NCBI GenBank assembly: GCA_021108255.1
Contig: JAIORG010000072.1
Location: 95 to 64,094 of the forward strand
Direction of reading: 5' to 3'
Length of the DNA: 64,000 bases
Origin: Anaerolineales bacterium
GTDB taxonomy: Bacteria; Chloroflexota; Anaerolineae; Anaerolineales; UBA11858
Part shown: piece after piece, positions 1 through 8,324 of the stretch
How positions within the stretch are numbered: position 1 is the first letter of the stretch
How the letters are laid out: every line of letters starts with the position of its first letter
Position numbers and translations under genes: made by a program
Notes under the pieces: model-generated
The model's input: the letters and a program-made list of their open reading frames with translations, nothing else
What the model was told of the DNA's origin: nothing
Database searches by the model: none

Positions 1-348
1 CCGGTGGAAGGCTACGAAGGCATCATTGATGATGCGGGAAATTCCAACCGGGCAGCTACTATGGAGGACCTGGTTGCAGGAAAAGGGTTAGTGCCCTATT
101 TTGAGAATATTGAGGATATCAAAGACTTCTTTTCTACTCCTGGTGGGGAAGATTTGGATTTTGATTGGGATGAATTTGCGGAAATCAAAATGGATTACGA
201 AGAAGGCACTGGTAAATTGTTTTTCTTCATTGCAGATGCGTTAATATACATGGAAGATGAACTGGCAGCTGAGGATTATGTGCCGTACTATAATGTTTTT
301 ACCGGATCTGATATGACAACAGAAGATTTTAATGAGTGGATAAAATAA
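1..348 (+). CDS. 3' end of a hypothetical, strongly acidic protein (ORF open to the left window edge)
   Basis: The reading frame is open from nt 1, and the track start at 4 is an internal GTG. The tail is D/E-rich with no motif I recognise. A hairpin terminator follows at 457-494. Confidence 0.4.
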   Translation, partial: PVEGYEGIIDDAGNSNRAATMEDLVAGKGLVPYFENIEDIKDFFSTPGGEDLDFDWDEFAEIKMDYEEGTGKLFFFIADALIYMEDELAAEDYVPYYNVFTGSDMTTEDFNEWIK

Positions 349-456
349 AGCCAGCTTATCAGGTATCCTAAAAGAAGATCCCGATTGGATGGATTTTCGC
401 TGAGGATTTGATATCCAATAAGCAAGGAACAGCGAGCGGGGAAAAGCAATAACAAA

Positions 457-494
457 GGCAGCAGCAAATTTTATCTTGCTGCTGCCTTGTGTTT
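457..494 (+). terminator. Rho-independent terminator candidate
   Basis: Perfect 11-bp stem GGCAGCAGCAA (457-467) / TTGCTGCTGCC (476-486) with an 8-nt loop, followed by TTGTGTTT. Confidence 0.6.
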
Positions 495-734
495 AATTAG
501 GCTTTTTTATAAAAAGTGGAAGTTTCACTGTGTTCAGCACGGCGAGGTAGTTTGCGTTCCGACCGGATCGATTGGAATGGAGGAATTCAGTGACTCCAAC
601 TCCCAGCGCAAAGATTGATATTTTTGGTTATAATAGACTTCCCAACGAGAACGCCCCGGATTTCTGGGGATTTCCCTGTTATATTTCGGAATGAACACCT
701 GAATTACTCTTCTGTGGATTTGAGGAAGTTGTAT

Positions 735-1724
735 ATGGAACACATATTAATTATAATTCTCATTACCCTGGCTTTGATCTTTGATTTTCTAAATGGATTC
801 CACGACAGCGCCAATGTTGTAGCGACCATGATTTCCTCCCGGGCAATGACTCCTACAGCTGCGCTAATCATCGCCAGTGTGGCGAATTTTATCGGCCCCT
901 TCATCTTTGGTGTCGCAGTGGCCAAAACGATTGGACAGGATGTGGCGTCACCCAGTTCAATAACCATCGCAGTTGTATTGGCTGCTTTGTTAAGCGCCAG
1001 CATCTGGAATTTAATCACCTGGTTTTTTGGGATTCCCTCCAGCTCTTCGCATGCCCTGATTGGCGGAATTATCGGCGCGGTTTTGGTGGGGTCCGGTGCC
1101 CAAGCTTTAGAATATAAGGGCCTAATCCTGATTGGACTGGCACTGTTTTTATCACCGGTTCTGGGATATTTCTTAGGACAAATCACCATGCGGATCAGCT
1201 TGTGGGCTGTCCGCAACGCGACGCCAAAAGCCAACTTGTTCTTTAAGTACGCTCAAATTCCCACCGCCTTCACCCTGGCACTCAGTCATGGTACCAATGA
1301 TGCTCAGAAAACCATGGGGATTATCACCATGGGCCTGGTTGTGCTGGGCTATCAGCAGGCATTTATTGTTCCCTGGTGGGTCATTCTGTCCAGTGCAACT
1401 GCGATTGCGATTGGTACCGCATTGGGTGGATGGCGAATTATCCACACCTTGGGCGGAAAGTTTTACCGGATTCGGCCCATACATAGCTTCACCTCACAAC
1501 TGACATCCATGGTGGTCATTCTCAGCGCCTCGCTATTTGGTGGCCCGGTAAGTACCACTCATGTTGTCAGTTCATCTATTATTGGTGTTGGTGCTGCCCA
1601 GCGGAAATCAATGGTTCGTTGGGGAGTAATGAGTGACATTTTGATCGCCTGGTTCCTGACCGTTCCAGTGACAGCAGGAATCGCGGCGCTATTATATTAT
1701 CTTGTGGATTATCTCATCCCTTAG
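735..1724 (+). CDS. pit: PiT-family inorganic phosphate transporter
   Basis: Two PiT signature repeats are present: GFHDSANVVAT near the N-terminus and HGTNDAQKTMG in the second half. The protein is polytopic and hydrophobic. Start moved from track 615 to ATG 735 (MEHILIIIL...), because the upstream extension is not membrane-like. Confidence 0.9.
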   Translation: MEHILIIILITLALIFDFLNGFHDSANVVATMISSRAMTPTAALIIASVANFIGPFIFGVAVAKTIGQDVASPSSITIAVVLAALLSASIWNLITWFFGIPSSSSHALIGGIIGAVLVGSGAQALEYKGLILIGLALFLSPVLGYFLGQITMRISLWAVRNATPKANLFFKYAQIPTAFTLALSHGTNDAQKTMGIITMGLVVLGYQQAFIVPWWVILSSATAIAIGTALGGWRIIHTLGGKFYRIRPIHSFTSQLTSMVVILSASLFGGPVSTTHVVSSSIIGVGAAQRKSMVRWGVMSDILIAWFLTVPVTAGIAALLYYLVDYLIP

Positions 1725-1765
1725 GATTGCTGGATGAGGGAAGGATCCAGAAATGGAGGAAAAAA

Positions 1766-2404
1766 ATGGGTGTCGCAGGTATTTTTAAAAGGGGTCCGAG
1801 AGAAGATAAATTTGTTGGTTTATTAATTGAGCAATCTCAGATCACCGTGGAAGGTCTTCGGCTGCTTGAAAAATGGCTCAGTAAATCCGAGCTAAAAGAT
1901 AAAGCTATAGACCAGATGAGGGCGAAAGAGATCGAAGCGGATGAAGTGCGCCGTATCTTGATTGACGAACTGCATAACACGTTCATCACCCCGCTGGATA
2001 GGGAAGATATCTTTATGATCTCCCTTTATATCGATGATATTATCGATTACTGCTATACAACAGTGGAGGAGATGCAGCTGCTGGGAATAGACGCTGATGA
2101 ACACTTGATCAGCATGGTAAAGCAGACCAGGGAAGCGACGGAAGAGCTGGAAATGGCGTTTCACCGCTTGTTTTCTAACCCCCGTGTAGCTGGAGACCAT
2201 GCCAGGCGTGCCAAAAAAATAGAGAATGAAGTGGAGCATCTTTACCGGGTAGCTATCGGAGAGCTGTTTACCCAAGCCAAGGATTTCAGCCCCCTGATGG
2301 TTATGCTTCGCCGCCGGGAAGTCTACCGGCATGTATCTAACATGGCAGACCAGGCAGACAAAGCCGCGGACATTCTGGGTATGGTGGTGATGAAGCTGAC
2401 TTAA
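1766..2404 (+). CDS. DUF47 / PhoU-like Pit accessory protein
   Basis: Helical PhoU-like sequence lying 42 nt downstream of pit, which is the classic pit-DUF47 pair. GGAGGA lies 6 nt upstream of ATG 1766, so the track start 1727 is shortened. Confidence 0.85.
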   Translation: MGVAGIFKRGPREDKFVGLLIEQSQITVEGLRLLEKWLSKSELKDKAIDQMRAKEIEADEVRRILIDELHNTFITPLDREDIFMISLYIDDIIDYCYTTVEEMQLLGIDADEHLISMVKQTREATEELEMAFHRLFSNPRVAGDHARRAKKIENEVEHLYRVAIGELFTQAKDFSPLMVMLRRREVYRHVSNMADQADKAADILGMVVMKLT

Positions 2405-2437
2405 GAGAAGGTGCTGAACGCATTTTAATGAGAAATG

Positions 2438-2472
2438 ACACACCGCTATTGGCTCAAGCGGTGTGTTGGTTT
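2438..2472 (+). terminator. Rho-independent terminator candidate after the pit operon
   Basis: 10-bp stem ACACACCGCT (2438-2447) / AGCGGTGTGT (2457-2466) with a 9-nt loop and a TGGTTT tail. Confidence 0.6.
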
Positions 2473-2859
2473 AAAACAAACTTGATCAAAAACCATCAAT
2501 ATGTAGGTAGAGTCATTCTGATCAGGATGGCTTCTTTTTTCTTTGATTTTTTCCAGCCGTTCTCTATATCCAGCTCAAGTATAATTAAATTTTCCCTTAC
2601 GTAATGGTGTACGACAAACCAGTTCTCGATGGTTCCTGGCTTTGTACTTGAAAGCATATACGGCAGAGCAGAGTTACATATAAGCAATAATGAATAGTGC
2701 AGATGAGATTTGAATTGCCTCGCGAGTTTACTCACAGATATAAATAAGGAACAGGATACGAAGCAAGAGTTCAAAGATGAATATTACAGCTTTCAAGAAG
2801 GCGCGAAACGGTTTGATGAAGCGATGAATGATATCCTTGACCGGGACATCTGTGCCAGC

Positions 2860-3756
2860 TTAACCTTCATCAACTGAAGTTTGACGAAGCACACCGCCGA
2901 TGGCTTGATGGCCTTGTCCTATCACCAGGAAAGCGTGGGGGTCAATTTCGGACACTACTGCCTTGAGTGTATTTACGTCGGATCGGATCACTGTGCAAAA
3001 CAATATCTCGTGTGTAGCTTTGGTAAACATGCCCTTTGCAGACCATGCTGTAACTCCCACTCCCAGGCGATTGAGCAATCCCTGAGCCACTGCATCTGCC
3101 GAGTTGGTCACAATAAAAGTTGTGCGCACAACACTTGGTCCTTCCAAAACATAATCTGCTGCCAGACCAAAAACAAATAGAGACATCAGGGAATAAAGTG
3201 CCCTGTCCCAGCCGAAGACCATACCAATGACCATAAGCAAGACGCCGTCAGTCAAGATATACATTTGGCTGATGGGAACTCCGGTTTTTAGTTGCAGAAC
3301 CCGGGTGACAATGCCTAAACCGGCGGTTGTGCTACGTGCGCGATAGATTATCCCTGTGCCTGTCCCGCCCAGCACACCACCATACAAAGCATTGAGCAGC
3401 AAGTCGTCGGTTATCCCGGCAGGAAGCCAGTCCGCCAGAAAATCTACACCCAGGTTGTACAAAAGAACAACATAGAGTGTGCGGATGAGAAAGTTGAAAC
3501 GCCCCAGGCGGTAAAAACCCAGGATCAGCATAGGGATATTCAAGAGGAGCATGAGCAGCCCAATTGGCCAGTTGGTGAATTTATTAAGGATGATTGCCGA
3601 GCCCGTCACCCCTCCTCCTGGTGAAATATTGGAAGGGGCGAAGAATATATCAATGCTGACGATCAACAAGAACGCGCCAATAGTCAACATTAAGTAGTCT
3701 TTTAGTATCGATCGCCAATCAGCGTTTGAGATCAAGGTTTTTAGTTTTTTTATCAT
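2860..3756 (-). CDS. YitT-family membrane protein (DUF2179 C-terminal domain)
   Basis: Five or six hydrophobic segments are followed by a soluble C-terminal domain (FIVTNSADAVAQGLL...VTAWSAKGMFT...). This is typical of the YitT/DUF2179 family. Confidence 0.8.
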   Translation of the reverse strand: MIKKLKTLISNADWRSILKDYLMLTIGAFLLIVSIDIFFAPSNISPGGGVTGSAIILNKFTNWPIGLLMLLLNIPMLILGFYRLGRFNFLIRTLYVVLLYNLGVDFLADWLPAGITDDLLLNALYGGVLGGTGTGIIYRARSTTAGLGIVTRVLQLKTGVPISQMYILTDGVLLMVIGMVFGWDRALYSLMSLFVFGLAADYVLEGPSVVRTTFIVTNSADAVAQGLLNRLGVGVTAWSAKGMFTKATHEILFCTVIRSDVNTLKAVVSEIDPHAFLVIGQGHQAIGGVLRQTSVDEG

Positions 3757-3878
3757 TGCATAGCCTTTCGCGCTCTTGTCCCCGGCTTACTTTCGCTCAC
3801 AGCGTGCCTACTAGGAATTTATGTCATTAATGAGACGGAAGCCTGATATTCTCCAAGTCGAGCAACTGTTCGAGGCTG

Positions 3879-3907
3879 GTTATAATTGGTACCGGTGTTT
3901 CTATCAA
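3879..3907 (-). promoter_or_regulatory. Candidate sigma70-type promoter for the yitT-like gene
   Basis: On the minus strand, TTGATA (3907-3902), a 17-nt spacer, then TATAAC (3884-3879). This would give a leader of about 115 nt. Confidence 0.3.
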
Positions 3908-4004
3908 TGGCCAATTGAGGGCCCCTCACCGCACACTTTAAAATGTCACACGGGTGTTTTGAGAGGTAGACGCACTAGATAAGGCATTCATGTCAACACC
4001 AACT

Positions 4005-5195
4005 TCACAAGCAAATACTCCTGTTAGAGGTCGTTAAAATATTCCCCAACCTCTGACGCGCGAGTTTGATTTTGGGGCAACAAGCATTAACCAATGATTC
4101 TGGTGAGCAACCAGGATGTTCGATGTAATAATTCAGCGCGATTTTCCCCTCAAAATCACAGTTGGCAAGCCGCAGCGCCAGATTTTCTAGGGCATCCCCA
4201 AAAGCTGTTCCGGGCAACGTGGCGACCTGAATCTTGTCGAGCAGGTGCATTGCCAATTGCTCGCTCGTTTTAACGTCTTTTTCAAAAAGTTGATCCCGAA
4301 AGGCGCCGAAGTTTGGATATAGGTAAAATGCCCCTTCTAGAACAGGATACTTAATACCCAGAGAAATAAGACCATCTCGCACGTATGATGAAATAATGCT
4401 GTGGATTTTGGTGCAGGTATTAATGTAATCTTCAACTACCGGCTCGTTTTCAAATGTTTTGAGTGATGCAAATTGTATCGGGGCAGATACAGCAGACCAG
4501 GTTTCACTGGCAATGCCGATCATTGCCGCATATATTGAATTAAGTGCCTTTGGAACGAACGCGACACCCAATCTGTATCCTCCTAATGATAAATGCTTCG
4601 ACAGACCGCTGGTGACAATGGTTCCCTCCGGGTAAAACTTTGCGATGCTGGCATGGTTTTGCTGGTAATTTACCAGTTCATAGATTTCGTCCGAAATAAC
4701 AAGAATGCCTTGTTTTCTGCACACCTGGGCTATTTGCTCCAGTCTGCTCTGGGGCATGGTCAAACCGGAGGGGTTGTTAGGGTAATTGATGTTTAGTTTT
4801 TTAGGATTCATCCCTTTCTGCCTGGCGACCACAATAGCTTTCTCCAAACTTTCAGCTGTGATATGGTAATTATCTGACATGGTGGCGGGAATTTTTATTA
4901 TAGGATCGCCGATGAGCACAGCTTGTGGCGCATAACTTACCCACGAAGGGATCGGAAGCAGCAAATCTCCTTCAACGGCCAATTGAATATCATAAATCAG
5001 TTCTTTGCTTCCAGGCCCAACGACAGTCTTGAAGTCGTCGGCATTAAACCCAAATTTCTCGGATAAATAGTGACGGGAAAGTTCTCTCAACTCAGGGAGG
5101 CCGGCTGAGGGCAAGTACATATTCTGACCTGCATTGACCGCTAAGGCTTCCCGGATTAACGGATGCACAGGAAAAGGGGATTGACCAAAACCCAT
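4005..5195 (-). CDS. Class I/II PLP aminotransferase (AspC-like); the 5' end appears frameshifted
   Basis: Family motifs are present: GFGQSPFP, NYPNNPSG, SDEIY, SGLSKHLSLGGYRLG (PLP lysine). Conserved N-terminal residues (TFSPTLEINERV...) continue upstream of the ATG in frame but have no start codon. See the corresponding finding. Confidence 0.85.
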   Translation of the reverse strand: MGFGQSPFPVHPLIREALAVNAGQNMYLPSAGLPELRELSRHYLSEKFGFNADDFKTVVGPGSKELIYDIQLAVEGDLLLPIPSWVSYAPQAVLIGDPIIKIPATMSDNYHITAESLEKAIVVARQKGMNPKKLNINYPNNPSGLTMPQSRLEQIAQVCRKQGILVISDEIYELVNYQQNHASIAKFYPEGTIVTSGLSKHLSLGGYRLGVAFVPKALNSIYAAMIGIASETWSAVSAPIQFASLKTFENEPVVEDYINTCTKIHSIISSYVRDGLISLGIKYPVLEGAFYLYPNFGAFRDQLFEKDVKTSEQLAMHLLDKIQVATLPGTAFGDALENLALRLANCDFEGKIALNYYIEHPGCSPESLVNACCPKIKLARQRLGNILTTSNRSICL

Positions 5196-5346
5196 ATGAA
5201 GCAGTTCTTGACCTCGTTCGCGCTCAAATCGGACGCGCTCGTTGATCTCAAGCGTGGGGGAAAATGTATCTTTCCAGCGCTTGCGCGGATATTAAAAGTG
5301 GATTCTCGGGTTTTTGGAGATGGCTTCATTTTATTGATATCTTGGA

Positions 5347-6135
5347 TTATAAAGTGCTATTCCCTGCGATGAGAACTTCCACAGATTGAGCTGATAAAGA
5401 TTCGCGAGCGGCTACATCAAAGGTGTCATCTGTAATCAGGCTGTGGATTTTTTCAATATTGGCAACCATATAATTTGAAACGGTTCCCCATTTGCTGTGA
5501 TCCGCCACAATGTAGACCGGACCACGGGTACGCTCCATCATGGTGCGCACTACTTCAGCCTCATCGCTGGTCGGGAAAGTACAGCCATATTTTAGACTGA
5601 TACCATCAATACCAATGAAAGTTTTATCGGCGTAGACTTGCTTAAGGTTATCAATAGAAAAATATCCGCCCACCGAAAGGGAAATTGATTGATATATCCC
5701 ACCCAGCAAGATCAGCTCAAAGCCAATGGTATTGATCTCCAAAGCAGCAAATAAATTATTGGTGATAATAGTGATGTCGGCGTTTGGGCGTATATGGCGA
5801 ATAATTTCTGTCGTGGTCGTGCCCCCATTGATAAAAACAACATCCCCATCTTCGATTAAAGAGGCGGCTAACTGACCTATCAAACGCTTCTCGTTGGGAC
5901 AATCTAGCAGCCTCTGTTGATATTCTGGTTCCCGTGATAATCGTTGACTGAGTACCGCACCACCATGAGTGCGCTCGAGAAAACCCGTCTCTTCGAGTTT
6001 CTCAAGATCACGTCGAATAGTAGCTTCTGAAGTATCTAACATTTTACTCAAATCAGCAAGGCGCGCCACTTTGTGGGTTGTCAAATATTCTTGAATTCGC
6101 TCGCATCTTTGAGCTGGTATTAAAGATTTGCTCAT
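5347..6135 (-). CDS. DeoR/GlpR-family transcriptional repressor
   Basis: N-terminal wHTH (RCERIQEYLTTHKVARLADLSKMLDTSEATIRRDLEKLEE) and a C-terminal DeoR sugar-phosphate sensor domain (FINGGTTT, IGIDGIS). Confidence 0.9.
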   Translation of the reverse strand: MSKSLIPAQRCERIQEYLTTHKVARLADLSKMLDTSEATIRRDLEKLEETGFLERTHGGAVLSQRLSREPEYQQRLLDCPNEKRLIGQLAASLIEDGDVVFINGGTTTTEIIRHIRPNADITIITNNLFAALEINTIGFELILLGGIYQSISLSVGGYFSIDNLKQVYADKTFIGIDGISLKYGCTFPTSDEAEVVRTMMERTRGPVYIVADHSKWGTVSNYMVANIEKIHSLITDDTFDVAARESLSAQSVEVLIAGNSTL

Positions 6136-6223
6136 AATAATAATCGGTTTTTTAGGTGTTTATGCTGTAAAATGACAGAATTTGAGCTGTTAGTGGTAAA
6201 ATTGTAGCAGATTTTGAAAATAT

Positions 6224-6252
6224 TTGCAAACTTTCTCGTTTATCGGTATAAT
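6224..6252 (+). promoter_or_regulatory. Candidate promoter of the kinase-aldolase-aminotransferase-HAD operon
   Basis: TTGCAA (6224-6229), a 17-nt spacer, then TATAAT (6247-6252). Confidence 0.4.
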
Positions 6253-6261
6253 GCCGATGTT

Positions 6262-6296
6262 ATTACACTTTCAACATTTGGGTTAATTTGTGTAAT
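6262..6296. promoter_or_regulatory. Inverted repeat ATTACAC-N21-GTGTAAT between promoter and start codon (possible operator)
   Basis: Perfect 7-bp arms at 6262-6268 and 6290-6296, in the DeoR/kinase divergent region. Confidence 0.3.
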
Positions 6297-6322
6297 GTAA
6301 AAAATATAATTGAAGCCAAATT

Positions 6323-7237
6323 ATGACTTTGACTATAGATGAAGCAATTGCTCGCGTCCCGCAATGGGGTAACGCTACAGATCTGAAAGCTTCCCCTCTT
6401 GCTGGGGGTATTACCAATACGAACTTCCGCATAGAAGTGAACGGGAAAAATTTTGTTCTCCGTATCCCGGGGGCAGATACCGAATTATTAGGAATTGTTC
6501 GCTCAGCCGAATGTGCCGTCAGTAAAGCTGCGGGGGAAATTGGCATCGGGCCAGAAATTTTTTATGTCATCAAGCCGGAAGGATACCTGGTCACGAGTTT
6601 CATTGAAGGGCACCTGCCTTCGATTGAGGAGCTTGGTCAACCCGGTAACATTCGCCGCGTCGCTGACACAATCAGCCGGATCCATGAAATGGCTCCGATT
6701 TCTGAAAGGTTCTCTCCATTCCGGGTAGTCGAAGATTCAGCTGAAATTGCCCGCCGATTCAATGTTGACTTTCCTGATAATTTCGGCTGGCTTATTAAGC
6801 AGATGAACGCTGCTGAAACAGCGCTGTTGAAATCCCCTTTTACTCCAAGGCTTTGCCACAATGATTTGCTCAACGCAAATTTCCTCGACGATGGTCAAAT
6901 ACGTGTTTTGGACTGGGAATATGCCGGGATGGGCGATCCTGTTTTTGATCTGGCCAATTTCTCTGTCCACCATGAATTCACAGATGAACAAGATCGCTGG
7001 CTGCTGGAATGCTATTTTGGTGAAGTTACCGGGGCTAATTGGGCCCGGATAAAGTTGCTGAAGGTCATTTCCGATTTCCGCGAGGGCATGTGGGCGATGG
7101 TACAGATTGGTATCTCAAAACTTGATTTTGACTTTCGTGGTTATGCCGACAAATATTTCGCTCGCACGACCCAGGGGAAGGAGGGGGAGGAGTGGCAGCT
7201 ATGGCTCAAAGATGTTTGTTTAAACAACAAAGCGTGA
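6323..7237 (+). CDS. Choline/ethanolamine-kinase-type phosphotransferase (APH superfamily)
   Basis: Brenner motif HNDLLNANFL and the choline-kinase motif VLDWEYAGMGDPVFDLANF are present, together with an N-terminal GGITN nucleotide loop. Confidence 0.75.
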   Translation: MTLTIDEAIARVPQWGNATDLKASPLAGGITNTNFRIEVNGKNFVLRIPGADTELLGIVRSAECAVSKAAGEIGIGPEIFYVIKPEGYLVTSFIEGHLPSIEELGQPGNIRRVADTISRIHEMAPISERFSPFRVVEDSAEIARRFNVDFPDNFGWLIKQMNAAETALLKSPFTPRLCHNDLLNANFLDDGQIRVLDWEYAGMGDPVFDLANFSVHHEFTDEQDRWLLECYFGEVTGANWARIKLLKVISDFREGMWAMVQIGISKLDFDFRGYADKYFARTTQGKEGEEWQLWLKDVCLNNKA

Positions 7238-7282
7238 CGGACATAACATATTAATGATATACAAGAGCAGGAGATTTTCCTA

Positions 7283-7420
7283 ATGCCTAAACTTTCTTCA
7301 CCCGCACGCGTTATTACCGTTGGTGGCGTTACCTGCACTTGCAGTGCGGCGCAAGTGTACGGTGAAAAGAAGCGCCCTTACAATTGCTTAAAAACCAAAA
7401 AATATTGGCAAATATCGTAA
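7283..7420 (+). CDS. Possible small Cys-containing ORF (45 aa) in the kinase-aldolase gap
   Basis: AGGAGA lies about 9 nt upstream of ATG 7283. Translation: MPKLSSPARVITVGGVTCTCSAAQVYGEKKRPYNCLKTKKYWQIS. It is below the track length cutoff and I recognise no homology. Confidence 0.2.
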   Translation: MPKLSSPARVITVGGVTCTCSAAQVYGEKKRPYNCLKTKKYWQIS

Positions 7421-7433
7421 ATAGGAGATTACT

Positions 7434-8309
7434 ATGTCAATTGTTACCGCAAAAGAAATTATGTTAGAAGCCGCCGAAGGCAAATATGCTGTTGGGGCAT
7501 TCAATATTACAAACCTGATACAAATGGAAGCCGTTGTCGAGGCTGCTGTTGAAAAGAAGGCACCGCTCATCATACAGACTTCGGTCACGCCCTCAAAATT
7601 CCTGGGCCTGGAGATTCTCGTGTCCATCTATAGGATCTTGGCCGAGTCTGCCCCCATCCCGATTTGTTTGCACCTGGATCACAGCACCAGTGTGGAATAT
7701 TGCAAACAATGCGCCGACGCTGGTTACACCAATATCATGATTGATGCCTCTAAACAAGCCTACGAAGAGAATATCAGTCAGACCAAAGAGGTTGTGGAAT
7801 ACTGCCATGGCATTGGCGGTATTTCAGTCGAGGGCGAATTGGGTACCGTTTCCGGGGTGGAGGATCAGGTAAAGGTGGCAGAAGATGAGGCCGCCCTTTG
7901 CAACCCGGAGCAAGCCGTTGAGTTCGTCGAACGCACCAGTGTAGATATTTTTGCTCCGGCGATTGGAACAGCGCACGGTGTTTACAAAACGAAAAACCCA
8001 AAAGTAGACTTTGAACGTCTGGGCAAAATCAATCAAATGCTCAACGGCAATGGGATTAAAACACCGCTGGTAGTGCATGGCGGTACAGGATTGAGTAAAG
8101 AATATGCTATCAAACTTGTTGAAATGGGAGGCGCGAAATTCAATGTCTCTACTGAATTAAAGCGCACCATGATTGATGCCACTTATGACTATATCTCAGA
8201 AAATCGAGAACAGTATAACCCCGGCAAGATCGATGTTGTTGTCAAAGATGCCATCCGGCAGGTTGTTGCAAGGTGGATTGATATATTAGGAAGCGCAGGA
8301 AAAGCGTAA
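7434..8309 (+). CDS. Class II ketose-bisphosphate aldolase (FbaA/GatY/KbaY family)
   Basis: Family motifs are present: GAFN, LHLDH, MIDAS, VEGELG, and HG..G with the C-terminal KFNV.TEL. GGAG lies 8 nt upstream. Confidence 0.9.
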   Translation: MSIVTAKEIMLEAAEGKYAVGAFNITNLIQMEAVVEAAVEKKAPLIIQTSVTPSKFLGLEILVSIYRILAESAPIPICLHLDHSTSVEYCKQCADAGYTNIMIDASKQAYEENISQTKEVVEYCHGIGGISVEGELGTVSGVEDQVKVAEDEAALCNPEQAVEFVERTSVDIFAPAIGTAHGVYKTKNPKVDFERLGKINQMLNGNGIKTPLVVHGGTGLSKEYAIKLVEMGGAKFNVSTELKRTMIDATYDYISENREQYNPGKIDVVVKDAIRQVVARWIDILGSAGKA

Positions 8310-8324
8310 AGGAGAAATGACACA

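Noticed and set aside
615-734. The ORF-track N-terminal extension of pit, and an apparent TTGATA...TATAAT promoter at about 615-640.
   Set aside because: The extension (MIFLVIIDFPTRTPRISGDF...) is not PiT-like, and the family N-terminus begins at M735. The TTGATA and TATAAT hexamers are only 8 nt apart, so they cannot form a sigma70 promoter.
704-1484. Antisense ORFs 704-1234 and 1173-1484 inside pit. Analogous antisense or shadow ORFs occur throughout, for example 1892-2443, 19899-20270, 21141-21761, 21844-22254, 28309-28794, 44825-45235, 46042-46410 and 51459-51965.
   Set aside because: Each lies fully inside a strongly supported gene on the other strand or in another frame. They have low-complexity or Arg/Pro/Ser-rich composition typical of shadow ORFs, and no motifs.
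2496-2877. The minus-strand ORF 2496-2774 (92 aa), and a plus-strand TTG-initiated roughly 55-codon ORF (2710-2877) ending ...EFKDEYYSFQEGAKRFDEAMNDILDRD....
   Set aside because: Neither has an RBS or a recognisable motif. The plus-strand ORF reads protein-like, but it is short, starts at a weak codon and overlaps the yitT-like 3' end. This is insufficient support to call a gene.
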